A stretch of DNA of 64,000 nt, taken from NCBI GenBank assembly GCA_037379345.1, contig CM074513.1:46851195-46915194 (forward strand). The letters are read 5' to 3'. The notes under the pieces were generated by a model. The model was not told where the DNA came from. It searched no databases and saw only the letters and a list, made by a program, of their open reading frames with translations. Source of the stretch: Perna viridis (Eukaryota). Shown in pieces: positions 39,532 to 51,110 of this stretch. Every line of letters begins with the position of its first letter. The stretch's first letter is position 1. The translations under genes and the position numbers were made by a program.

Positions 39532-40665
39532 TTGGTGTTTAGTAAAAAATCCATCATTTGAAGAATTTAGAGAAATACACAAAAATTTCATATTATGTTG
39601 TGTGTTACAAAAAAAAAAAATTAGTTACATGTACAACGATAAAAGAATACACAAGTCACAGAACATAAATATACAGAATTACGACAGTTATGAAGTTGAA
39701 GTTGAGACGTAAAAATGACGTCGTTTAATTCAATGGTGCTGTTACAGTCGATTTGAAGTAATGTTGTCAAAATGGGTTGTATTGGAATGAATGAAGTGCT
39801 GTAATGAAGGGTTGAATAATTCAAAATACAACAGATAATGTGTACTGTTGCGATCACTTACCTCTCTTAAATTATGTCAAAGTGTTCTGCGATCGACGCT
39901 GTCCAAGGTTGTGACCCACTTGTCCTTATACCTGACATCAACTGTCCTAGGTCGTGACAAAGAAATACGGTGAGCTGTTTTAAACTGGCATATCCTTAGA
40001 CAGTTTCTGACACTATTCTGCTTGACATCATTTAGAACAGGAAGTCCGATTATAAATGAAACCTGTTCAAAACAGTAGATTGATATAGATATAAATAGCA
40101 AGTCCGATTGAAAACACGGGTAACCTAACCATTTTAAAATAATTTTTTATAACCAAAAAAGTTCTCTATAACGTTATCCAGAAGAGTAGTATCATAATCT
40201 TTCTAGAACTGTTATCGTAAGAAACTCCTTAGAATGACGTCAAACAGAATAATTCTACCTAGAACAGTTGATGACAGGGAGTGTCACGACCCACGACAGA
40301 TTATGACCGAGTTTGTCCTAAACAAGTCTGACAAGGCGTGCCATGAGTCTGGGCAGTTTCTGATAGTTAAGAAGTATTCTATGACAACAAAAACTGACAG
40401 ACTCGAAAAGAGGTTAGAGGTGATCGCGACTATGCATAGCAATGAAACAAAGGTTATAATTATTATGTTCTTAAAGTAAATATTATGCACTTCTGTGTAT
40501 GAAAAACGTTAATGTCTCAGTTCATTTGTCACGGATATTTCCAATATCTTGCTAATTTTCAAAAATTTGAATTGTATGCACATTTGAGTTATATGAACTC
40601 TCTTGAATATCTTTAAAGACATAAATGCACTAATTGAACATTGAACAACACAAATGCATTACACA

Positions 40666-41202
40666 TTTCATCTGTGGCAACATCCCTTCGGCTCCTGCGT
40701 ATGGAGTGTTCATATCACAACTCATACGTTATGCCAGAGCTTGCCGAAGTTACGCAGACTTTTTGTATCGCGCTAGAATTCTAACAAATAGGCTTCTGGA
40801 ACAGGGCTATGTTGCTACAAGATTGAAGTCATCACTACAGAGGTTTGATGATCTTCATCATGAACTCGTTTATCGTTACGTTGTATGCATATGTACCATG
40901 CAAACTGATTTGTTCAATGGGTCATAGTTTTCCTTTCCTCTTTTGTCTACCCCGGACTTTTTATGAGCAACTCGGCGGGTGTTTCTAGAAAAGCAGAGGA
41001 CGCTTACCCTACCGGTGCACCTGGTCCATGCTCTCAGTTTTTAGTGGAGTCCGAGTTGTTCTTTTGCTTTTGTTACTTTGTATGTATAATTTTAGTTACT
41101 TTATGTTCTTTGTTGTGTATGTCTGTTTTCCATGTCTGGTGTTTGTCCCTGGGTTCCATTCTTTTGATTACCGCTATAACATTGATTCCCTTGATTACTC
41201 TT
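40666..41202 (+). mobile_element. 5'-truncated Naiad-type PLE (RT C-terminus plus 3' tail)
   Basis: FICGNIPSAPAYGVFISQLIRYARAC...DLFNGS; ends gattactctt. Confidence 0.92.
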
Positions 41203-42602
41203 CCATTATCGCAACGGTTCGTCACAGACGATGAACCGGACGCACAGGAAGTAGAATCATAGAAAGTTTGTACTGACCGCTTAAAAGCAAAAAACCAGGT
41301 TAATGACACAATATTGATATTCAAAAGATACGATAGAATTTGGTTACTTTTGGTACAAGAACACAATTAATTCCCATTGGTTTTCGTTCGAATTTTGGTG
41401 GTAGGTACCTTCGGCAATTTTTCATATTTTCACTGGAAACTTATTTGCTGAAGTTTTGCCTCTAATTGGTAGTAAATAGGTCAAAATTACATGGGATTTT
41501 TTTTATTAATCAATTCTGACTGAAAGTTGTGATTTGGTTCAGTGGAAGAAGGTTAAAATTTAGGACTTTTAACTCCGTTCACTTGTCATGTTGACCCCAT
41601 CTCCGGGTCATATGTATTAGTTTCAGACAATGATGGTAAAATTGTCTACAATTTATATATAAAATCATGTTTGTACATATCTTTAGGCCAGAGAAGTTTT
41701 ATTCAGATTTTTTCAATCTGTTAAAATGTGTATACTGAAATGTACTTGAAAATTAATTGTGGACTCATGCCTTCTAATCTGTGGATTGAGAGATACATCA
41801 AACAGACAACAAATAATGGTAATGACCCACTTTCAGGTCATATAATCTGCCTAATACAACATCAGGCGACACAAAGGATGAAATGGAAACAAAAAAATAC
41901 ACATTTGCACAATAAGCATACTCGTCTAAATGCCTTTTATTGACAAAGAACATCTAACCACCTCGTAGATTACGTTTATCATTATACGAAAAAATGCTTT
42001 CGTAAAAGGAGATAATGTCAAAAAGCTAATAAAATAAATCAAACTTTAAAGCATCAGAAAACCTAATTGGATAAAACATTGATTGTTTAATTTGCTCGAC
42101 TTATTCTAAGCATAACTTTCAATTATGTTCAATATAAAGGGAACATGTGAGATGAGGAAGGCCCAACTCGTTGAGGCAAAACTAAAATGTCCATTGCGTT
42201 GTGACAGATTATTGTTAATTAAACTTAACACAATAGACCGCCAATTTTTGGTGAAATGTGAACTTATAATTCCAAAAATCTTCATAATCAAAGACACTTT
42301 GGTAGTACTATCCCTACTCAATTATTTTGAGAAATGCTTACAAACAGTGCAAATTATTCAAATGTTTAGAACACTTATTGTAGTGGCACTACATCTACAG
42401 GAAGGCAGATGGCTGCTTTTTATTTTAATATTAATCTGCAAATGGCCAAGAGAGCACAGAATTTAATTTAACTGCATGTCTAGACTGACAACTATAGTAT
42501 TTCAAATGTCAATATCCTTATCTTTGTAAAAACGTTTTCAAATCTAAAGCGTATACAGAACTCAAGGGTTTATATATAAACTACCTCGAGAGTGTAAACT
42601 GA

Positions 42603-43125
42603 AATTAAGGGAACTAAGATTCGAGCGGAAACCAAAAGAATATGTTCTAGACAGGGAAAATAGACATACAGTACAAAGAACATAAGTAACAAAAATAAAA
42701 GACGTTAAAAGAGACAAAAGTAAATAAGCAACCCGGACTACACTAAAACTGGTAGTATGGACCAGGTGCACTGGTAGGGTAAGCGTCATCGGTATTTATA
42801 GAAGCAACCGCCGATTTGCTAATAAAACGTCAATTCCTGGGTATACGAATGAGGACGGAAAAACATAACACGTTCAACAAATCGGTTTTCATGGTGCTAA
42901 TGGGTACACCATAACGGTCCATGAGTTTTTTGTACTTATGGCTTTTAAATTGTAGCAACATTAACCTGATCAAGAAACCTACTAGTAAGAAGTTTAACAC
43001 GGTACAAAAAGTCCGCGTAGTTTCGGCAAATCTTGGCATAACGTAGGAGTTGTGATATGAAAACTCCATAAGCAGGCGCTGGAAGGATTTTTTCACATAT
43101 GAAAGAAAAATTGACAAAATGGAAT
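42603..43125 (-). mobile_element. Older 5'-truncated Naiad-type PLE copy
   Basis: VNFSFICEKILPAPAYGVFISQLLRYAKIC plus a diverged tail. Confidence 0.85.
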
Positions 43126-43411
43126 CTTAAGTGATCCATTTGTTAAGATCACCGCTTTAAGTTTGAAGGTCGTTGTGGTAACCAGATAGACCATTATGAT
43201 ATATCAGATTCAAATATAACATACGATCTCGGATTTTACCGTGCATGACATTCAGTGGACAGTACGACGAATGTCCAGAATGAAGCGGGAACGACTCGCT
43301 TTTCCGGAGTATCGGAGTTCACACATAATGTTTTATTGAGTATTGGCCTCTGATTTTGTTTGTGCAACTATAAGTTCTGTTGTGTTGTTAGTATATTTGT
43401 CAGTTTTCATA

Positions 43412-43680
43412 TCTCTCGCAAACAAAGTTTGGGGTATATAGGAATCACCCTGTTAGTCTGTTCATCCATCAGTCTGTCCACATTTCTTGTAAGCACAGCT
43501 CATCCTAAACCGCACGAGGGATTTTGATGAAATTTTATTGGAAAGTTTATTACTGTCGGAGGGCTCCGATGGGAGATAATCCAAATTAAGTGTTTTACAT
43601 GTTAAAACCTCGTAAGATACAAGTCCTCCGAAACCTCTCAATGGATTTTGATGAAATTGAATAGGAAGGTTGGTTCGTAA
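43412..43680 (-). mobile_element. HINE/Helentron-like end fragment
   Basis: cgcaaacaaagtttggggtatataggaatcacc, then a (ctgt/ccat) microsatellite and duplicated ggattttgatgaaatt units. Confidence 0.55.
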
Positions 43681-45829
43681 GTGGCTCGTTTAAGTACCAT
43701 ATTAAATGTATGCATTTTGCCTGTAGTATTTATAATTTTGATCAACTATATACGTATCTTGATCTTATACTCTCATACACGCATCTCAGAGTTAAACTAT
43801 CGACATATCTTTTTTTAGATGCAATACGTGACTTTAAGCATATCAATGTAAAAGCGGATAAAATTAAGGCCATAAAGAGCAATATGTCAAAACAAACATT
43901 AAAAAATCAATATAGGTTTTTCATGAATGACGAAACAACAAATAAGGAATGTGACTGAGCATCTTTTATACCATTTTAATTTTTGTTTCATGAACTAAAC
44001 CAAAACCATTAAATGATGAAGCATCAATCCCAAATTAAATGTTAAAAATCATGTCTTATTTTGTTAGCTAGTGTGCTGAAAATCTGTGTATTTTTGAGTT
44101 ATTGTAATTATGACAACTTCCATTTGTTCCTTAAATAAGAGGCCAGTAGTTTTATTTTAATTCAATCATAACACATTCATTGTCCTAAGAGAGTTTTTAA
44201 AACATGCATAAATCAACAGTCGTGCCGTTGATCTTAAAATTCACCCATTAAAGCCACGTAGTTCGTCGTTTGCATTGTTTAATTTCATACCTTATATCTA
44301 TTGCAGGTATGATAGGTAATTACGAAGATATATGTATACTAATATATATGTGTTAATTTTAAAACCCATCAGTCCATATTCCCAAAAATTAAGACACAGA
44401 GAATTTAAGGTAACAGTTAAATATATAAGTAATCCTATACTGTCTGTGGTTTTAAAAATCTTTTTAACAAGACGAAATGAAAGGAAAATAAGAATTGATG
44501 TAAAAGGCAGGTTTTTTCTTTCTTCTTTTTGAAATCATCAAATAATTTGGAATTCACATTTTTCTACCATGTAAATCTGTCAATAAATAAAATTATTATT
44601 TTACTGGTATCATATGAAGCAACATGTGTACAACTTAACCAGTTTTATACTTCGAATTTCTACTGCAGTCTGAAGGAAACATTCCAGCAATAAGAATCGA
44701 AACATTTACGCTGCAATGTTAGATTGAGATAAGATAATATATAACAAACGTCTTATATAGCATTGTATAATTTAAATAGTTACGCCTAAATTAATAAGAA
44801 TAAATACATGTTAAGTATTCTAAACTAGATCTATATAAGTTCATGAAGCAATAGTAAATAATACATGCAGAAATCGCAAAAACACTAATGATTAAATGTT
44901 TTGTTAATAGTCTTTTAAGACATTAAAATGTAGTAAATGGAATTTAATACCAATCGTAGCAGAAATGAAAAGAAACTTACCTGAGATATTGTCCACTTAA
45001 AATACAACTCTGCTAAATTTGTTCCAATTGATTCTATATGGTACTTGCTGTGATATCATGCGACATTGGAATAACGATTGGTTAAAATCTCGTCTGTAAC
45101 TGTTGAATACAATAGGTAAAAACCGATAATATACAACTTAAAACAATGATACACTACCGATACAGAGTACGATTGATGCATCATAGGTCTATGTCTTCAT
45201 TTTGTTTTCGTTTAATAGAGCAAGAAAGATGGTAATGGAAATGTTTTATAACGAACATTGTCATAGCAAATACCGTTTGATTTATTCTTAACACATTCTA
45301 ATACAAAAACGTCAAGGACCTTAAGGCATTGCTTCTCCCCGTGTTTTTTTTCATGAATTTGCTACTACATTATAACTTGATATAAAAAGTTTACCGTATT
45401 GCTGGTGTCGAATTCAAGAGTAAGTATTAAATATCATCAACCATATTTAGCATCATTTTACTGGTAACTTGTCTTGGTATTGCTTTACTTCTTGGATTTT
45501 TTGTGCTAAATAATAATATAAGTTATCACCGAACTAGTGAATTTCTAAGATTTTAACTGACAATGCATGCACATGTCTTTACATACTCCATTGGGATATA
45601 CTAGAATGTTGCTAGACCATCATCTTGGTGTTTCCAAAAGTTCCCACATAAAATGTCGTATACTATGTAGCACTGACCAATTTATCAAAGATTTACATCT
45701 GACGTTGGCGGTAAGGCAACGAAAGAAAAGTCCTGGATTCCATTGACGTACATGTAATGTGATCGTTTTGCCTGTGTCTACAAACTGTATATCTATTTGA
45801 AAAGGGTTAGACAGACTTCTTGTTACTTC

Positions 45830-46235
45830 ACGCTTACCCTACCGGTGCACATGGTCCATGCTCCCAGTTTTTAGTGGAGTCCGAGTTTTTCATTTTTTTT
45901 GTTACTTTATATGTATTATTTTAGTTACTTTATGTTCTTTGTTGTGATTGGTTTCAATGTCTGGTCTTTGTCTCTGGATTTCATTCTTTTGATTTCGGCT
46001 AGAATCTTGGTTCCCTTGATTACTCTTTCTAGAAAAGCAAAGGACGCTTACCATACCGGTGCACCTGGCCCATGCTCCCAGTTTTTAGTGGAGTCCGAGT
46101 TGCGTACTATTTGGTTATTTCATGTTCTTCGTTGTTGTGTGTGTGTGTGTCTGTTTTCCATGTCTTGTCAACACATTCTTTTACATTACATACTTTTGAT
46201 TTCCGCTAGAATCTTGGTTCCGTTGATTACTCTTT
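45830..46235 (+). mobile_element. Two head-to-tail Naiad 3' tails
   Basis: acgcttaccctaccggtgcac...gattactct occurs twice, with the junction near 46027. Confidence 0.85.
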
Positions 46236-46379
46236 GAAAGACGAAAAATTAAAATGTTCAATTCACGAAATTATCCTTGTGTATAAACAAATACATCTCA
46301 GTTGAGTGAAGGGCGATTTTTGTCATCATTACGGCAATAGAATAGTTTTCTAAAAATTCTATAATTCTGAATGCCATTA

Positions 46380-47625
46380 TACTAAATAAATAAACCCAAT
46401 CGTATATACTGCAAATTTCGATATTTGGTATACGTGTTTCTAGCAGTAACCTCTGATCAGCAGCATTAGAATTAAATGTACACTAGGAAAACTTAAACCA
46501 AAAAATAATTGTACACAAGAAGTACTCCAAATATCGGAATAGGAAACACTTCGATACAAGGAAAGAAGCTTCAGTGCTTTAGGTATTTTGAAATTTGTAA
46601 TACTATAATAAGTTTTATAAATCTTATAAATAAAATGTTTTATAATTCGGGGTCAGACATGTCTGACTACTGGGTTAGTGCATACCATCGGAGACCATAA
46701 TATGTACTGTAACGCCATTAGTGGCATCGACACAATAGTTATTAAATACAAAAAAAACACCAATCATACGTAAGCCAAATATAAATGTACTGTACACGTG
46801 TTTCTATGAGTGACCTCGCGCAAGCATGTTTTTAGTTTATTTAAATTCTACTCCAAAAAATAACTTTTATAAATCTTGCATCTTGTGCCTATGGGTTCAC
46901 TTGTACATGAAAGGAACAATGTTCCTAATTCGTCCCATGCACTGTTTTCTTTTTTTAGAATATAAGCTTTTTCTCACTAATTCAAAGTCCGAACCACTTA
47001 CCTGATCAACAGAACTAGAACCAAATATACGCAAGGAAGATCAAAATAACAAAAAATCCAGAAACAAATTGTATACAAGAAGTACTCAAAAACTCAAAAT
47101 TTCAAAATTGGAATTCAAACAAATTACTGAGAGATTGTACCATGTCCAATAAAAAGAATGAAGCTTCAGTGTTTTGAGTATTTTGAATTTGTAATACTTC
47201 AATTATATCAAATAAAATATGATATAAAAAATTACCAATCATATTATGCTTAAAAATGTAATATGCTGTACACGTGATTCAAGGAGTAAACCCTGATCAG
47301 CAGCACTAGAATCTTGTGTATATTAGTGGGTGGCCTTGGGCTGACGTTTCCATCCCGGTGGGGTAGTTGTCTCCTTGACATATACACCATACCTATTCTC
47401 GTTCTATAGTAAGATCTTAAACAAAATAAAAACAATATTGCACACAAGAAGTATTCTAATCAAGTCGGTAAGTGAATACCCTTGTGGTGGACCTTATGTC
47501 CACCACATCGACCTAATAGTTATTGAATAAAAAATTGGCAATGGTATATACTGCAAATTTCAATATGCTGTACACGTGTTTCAAAGAGTAACTTCTCATC
47601 AGCAGCGCTAGGATCAAATGTATAG
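46380..47625 (-). repeat. Degenerate tandem array (~200-360 bp spacing) of hammerhead-containing units
   Basis: Recurring blocks tgtacacgtgtttc...tgatcagcagca.tag, tg.acacaagaagta and gaagcttcagtg.ttt..gtattttgaa; cores at 46426-46465, 46790-46826, 47001-47020 (half), 47264-47305 and 47566-47607. Confidence 0.75.
47566..47607 (-). ncRNA. Minimal type I hammerhead ribozyme
   Basis: Minus strand GCUG-CUGAUGA-GAAG uuacu CUUU-GAAA-C acgu G-UA^-CAGC: complete catalytic core, stem I GCUG/CAGC, 4-bp stem II, palindromic stem III (ACACGUGU); predicted cleavage between 47571 and 47570. Confidence 0.85.
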
Positions 47626-47627
47626 GA

Positions 47628-50600
47628 AAGAGTAATCGAGGGAATCAAGGTTATAGCGGTAATCAATAGAATGTAATCCAGTAATCCTGAGACAAAGACC
47701 AGACATGGAAAACAGACATATACAACAAAGAACATAAAGTAACTAAAATCGTACATACAAAGTAACAAAAGCAAATGAGCAACTCGTACTCCACTAAAAA
47801 CTGGGAGAATGGACCAGGTGCACCGGTAGAGTAAGCGTCCTCTGTTTTTCTAGAAACACCCGCCGAGTTGCTCATAAAAAAGTCACGTCCAGGGTAGACA
47901 AATGAGGAAAGGAAATCTATGACCCGTTGAATAAATCAGATTTCATGGTGCAGATGGACACACCATAACGATCCATGAGTTCATGATGACGACCATAAAA
48001 CTTCTGTAGTAATGAATTCAATCTTGTAGCAACATAACACTGTTCCAGAAGCCTATTTGTTAGAGTTCTAGCGTGATACAAAAAATCTGCGTAGTTTCGG
48101 CAAGCCCTGGCATAATGTAGGAGTTGTGATATGAATACTCCATACGCAGGTGCTGAAGGAATGTTGCCACAGATGAAAGGAAAGTTGACAATTTTGAATG
48201 AAAAGTCATCACGTTTGTCGTAAAGTTTGGTCAATAGTTTTCCTTTACCATCGATTTCTAAGTGTAGGTCAAGATATGAGGCTTTCTTCACAGTGTCTGT
48301 AGTATCCTTTATCTCAAGTTCTTTGGGGGTAGATGCGATGTATCAAATTCCCGAAATTAGGATTGTTTAAAGATAATATGTCATCTATATAGCGGAAACT
48401 GAGATTAAATGATCTAGCCAAACGCTATTCTTTCTTTCGGATCAGATCAGCTATAAAGTCAGCCTCATAACAGTGAAGGAATAGGTCAGCAAGTAAAGAA
48501 GCACATTTCAAAATCACGTCCACCACACTGGACAAATATGTCGTCGATAAAAAATTTCAGCATTTCGTAAACACCTTCCTCTGTATAGTCGGAAGATGAT
48601 TTGGAATTATTTTTTTTTTAAAGTATGAGGAATCTCTACCAAGAACTATATATTTGTATCTTGGTGTACCATCTTTTTTGGAAAAACAATGATGTATATT
48701 GTTTTTAAGTCGGGATTGTAACTAAGTATGGGGAATAGAAGTATACAGTGTTGAAAAATCATAGGTTTTATTGCTATTATATTCAGATAATAGTCTTGAA
48801 CTGATTGTCTCCAACAGATCTTTCGAATTTTTCAGGATCCATATTGAATTAATACCACTACGGGAGTAACAAGTGTTGTGGTTGGACTGCAGACCCTCTT
48901 TGACAGTTGTGAGTATAGAAGTTAAAAGTTTGGAAAGAGGTTTGGTGGTAGATTTTGCAGATCCAGCTATGAAACCTTGTTTGTATGGATTTTTGTGGAG
49001 TTTAGGAATCCAGTACATAGACGATAAATCACAACCATCGTCCTTGGTAGAGAGACCAAAAGAGGATAACACAGATTTATGGTTTTCCACAATTTCTTCT
49101 TTGGAGAGTGTGGTAGCAGTATACGTCTTATCACTGCTTTTTTCTACGTCTACCTATGATAATAATGTTTGTTTGTTGGGGTTTAACGCCCGAGCAGTAA
49201 TATTCAGCTATATTCAGGCGATGAACATGAAGTGGATAATAAAATGAAAATGAAATGATGATGGAATGAAAAATGGGATGGGACAGAAGGATAATGGGGT
49301 CGAGAAATTTTGATTGCCACTGGAGATAGGGAGAGGTGGGTAGGGTCGGGCAATTTAGTCTCCTGTGGCGGAGCCCTATGGTTCCTTCTCCGGGAGAATA
49401 CCACTGCAGGTTTTTTTTTCACGTGCGAGGAACGTGGCATCTTTTCCAACACGGTGCACCACTATGGTTTGCGGTCAGGTTTTCTGTATTATAGCCTGAC
49501 AACCCCAACATGTAACACGCCAGGGGTACCCCATTCCACCACCTGGGGCATACATCCCAGTTGCCCTGTGGGCAGAGCGCCTAGCCCCCGACTAAGTTTC
49601 TGAGCACTTTTTAGCCGCCTTTTACGACAAGCTTAGCGTTGCTGCAGGCCTATTCTTTTAACATTCGGACCTGCACAGAGCCCTGTGATAATAAGCATTG
49701 GATGTAAAACATTTTGCAGACAAAACAATGTTGTTTTGGGCTTTGTCTGCTGGAATGACAATATATTTGTCATGTATAGTAGACAATGTTTTTGCTACAT
49801 CGGGGTCTCTGAAAACCGATGTGGGCTTGGCACTCATTGACCTACTTAAAACTTTCATTCGTTTCAAAATTACTCATTGGCACTCACTGACCTACTTAAA
49901 ACTTTCATTCGTTTCAAAATTAAAGACCTCACGACCTTTAACCACTCTGACAGAGAATCAATATCTTCTTGTTCTCGTTTTATCTATTTTCTTGCATAGT
50001 CCTCGACGGCATCCATAAGAACTTTAAATTTATAATTCCAATTTATGGAGCGTGGTTCACGGTACTTGGGATCTTTAGAAATGATATTACGCAGAGATTC
50101 GTTTTCGATGATGGTTAAATCTCCCGTAACGACGTGACCAGAAGGACCATATTTGAATGGAGAGTTTTTGCAAGTACAGGCAGGTGGTTTAGCCTTTAAG
50201 TCCTCAATCTCGAGGTTCTGCAATAGCCTTTTATAATTAAACATTTTGAATGTAATGGGTGAAGTATAGGAATATGAAATAATTGGTATGGATTTGTCTT
50301 TGAAATATGGGGGAATTTTGTTGCTAACATTTTTGTGATGGAGGATGTTAGCCAAATTAATTGCATCTATACCTTTGTTGACAAACGGTAGTGGAAGAAA
50401 TGATCGTTTTTCTCCATCTTTACTTTTCACACAAACTGGTTTAAAGAGTCTGTGGAAACTAATATCCAAAATGATGGCAACAAGTCTGCATAATGATGAG
50501 GTAGGGTCAGAAACAGGAGTGTCAAGACTTGTTTTGTAAAGGGAGTGTAGTAGAGTGAGAGGTATAGAATAAAGTTTGGTTGTAATGTGATGAAGTCCAA

Positions 50601-51110
50601 GAGGTTTTTGTAAGAAAGGAAGGAGACCATTTATAGAGACATCATGTAACTTAGGTGACGTATAGTGGCGATGGCCATGACTCCTTTCCCGTCTTGGATT
50701 TTTGTCAAATAAATTCATCACATTTATGCTATTGTTATATTGGCTTGAAAGGTTTCCTATACTTTTGATGTTGTCATTGCATCCGTAAGGTATTGCAGTA
50801 CCTATTCTGCGTATCCAGTACTCCTCTCTTTCCCTACGATAGTTTTTTTTATTAGAACGGGACTTTTCGTAGGATGGTAATTTTTTTCCTAAAATACGAA
50901 CTTTCATAGAGAGGATTGAATGATCTCGTATATTAAAGTGTTGATAAACTGTCGGGAATTTGGTGGTGTTAATTCCCGTACGATGACTGCACATTCTTTT
51001 GTTTAATCGTTTTTTCGTTTCTCCGACATATACTAAACCACATAATTTAGCTCGAAGTGTAAGTATGGACGCAGACTGGTATAACCCAAAGAGCAGATTT
51101 GAACATACAT
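47628..51110 (-). mobile_element. Near-full-length, inactivated Penelope-like retroelement with N-terminal GIY-YIG endonuclease (Naiad-type)
   Basis: ORF 49984-51156: CGLVYVGET..RL..RM.SH...HF...DH...RE.YWI....PYGCN (GIY-YIG). Downstream PLE RT motifs: PADKAQNN, YWIPKLHK, YDFSTLYTSIPH, FRYIDD, YLDL, LYDKRDDF, NIPSAPAYGVFISQL. Stops and frameshifts throughout. Confidence 0.93.
49166..49681 (-). mobile_element. Full-length ~516-bp SINE-like retroposon inserted in the PLE RT, with a 13-bp TSD
   Basis: TSD cctatgataataa (49153-49165) / cctgtgataataa (49682-49694); (AAAC)n 3' tail; GC-rich body; truncated copies at 57764 and 63415. Confidence 0.88.

Noticed and set aside
40963-41262. Recurrent small 'MSNSAGVSRKAEDAYPTGAPGP...' ORFs (also 34999, 47663, 45899)
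   Set aside because: Chance translations of the PLE 3' UTR; frames and stops differ between copies.
47775-47875. HDV-like ribozyme fold in the PLE tail
   Set aside because: P1- and P3-like pairings can be drawn, but there is no P2 pairing and no proper L3/J4-2 consensus.
49827-49922. 46-bp direct repeat inside the PLE as an LTR or TSD
   Set aside because: A local tandem duplication that frameshifts the RT; absent from the copy at 20871.
47628-51110. Selenoprotein-encoding Naiad (in-frame TGA plus SECIS), as reported for some Naiads
   Set aside because: The stop ending the long ORF is TAG, no shared in-frame TGA was evident between copies, and I could not identify a SECIS by eye. SECISearch on a consensus would settle it.
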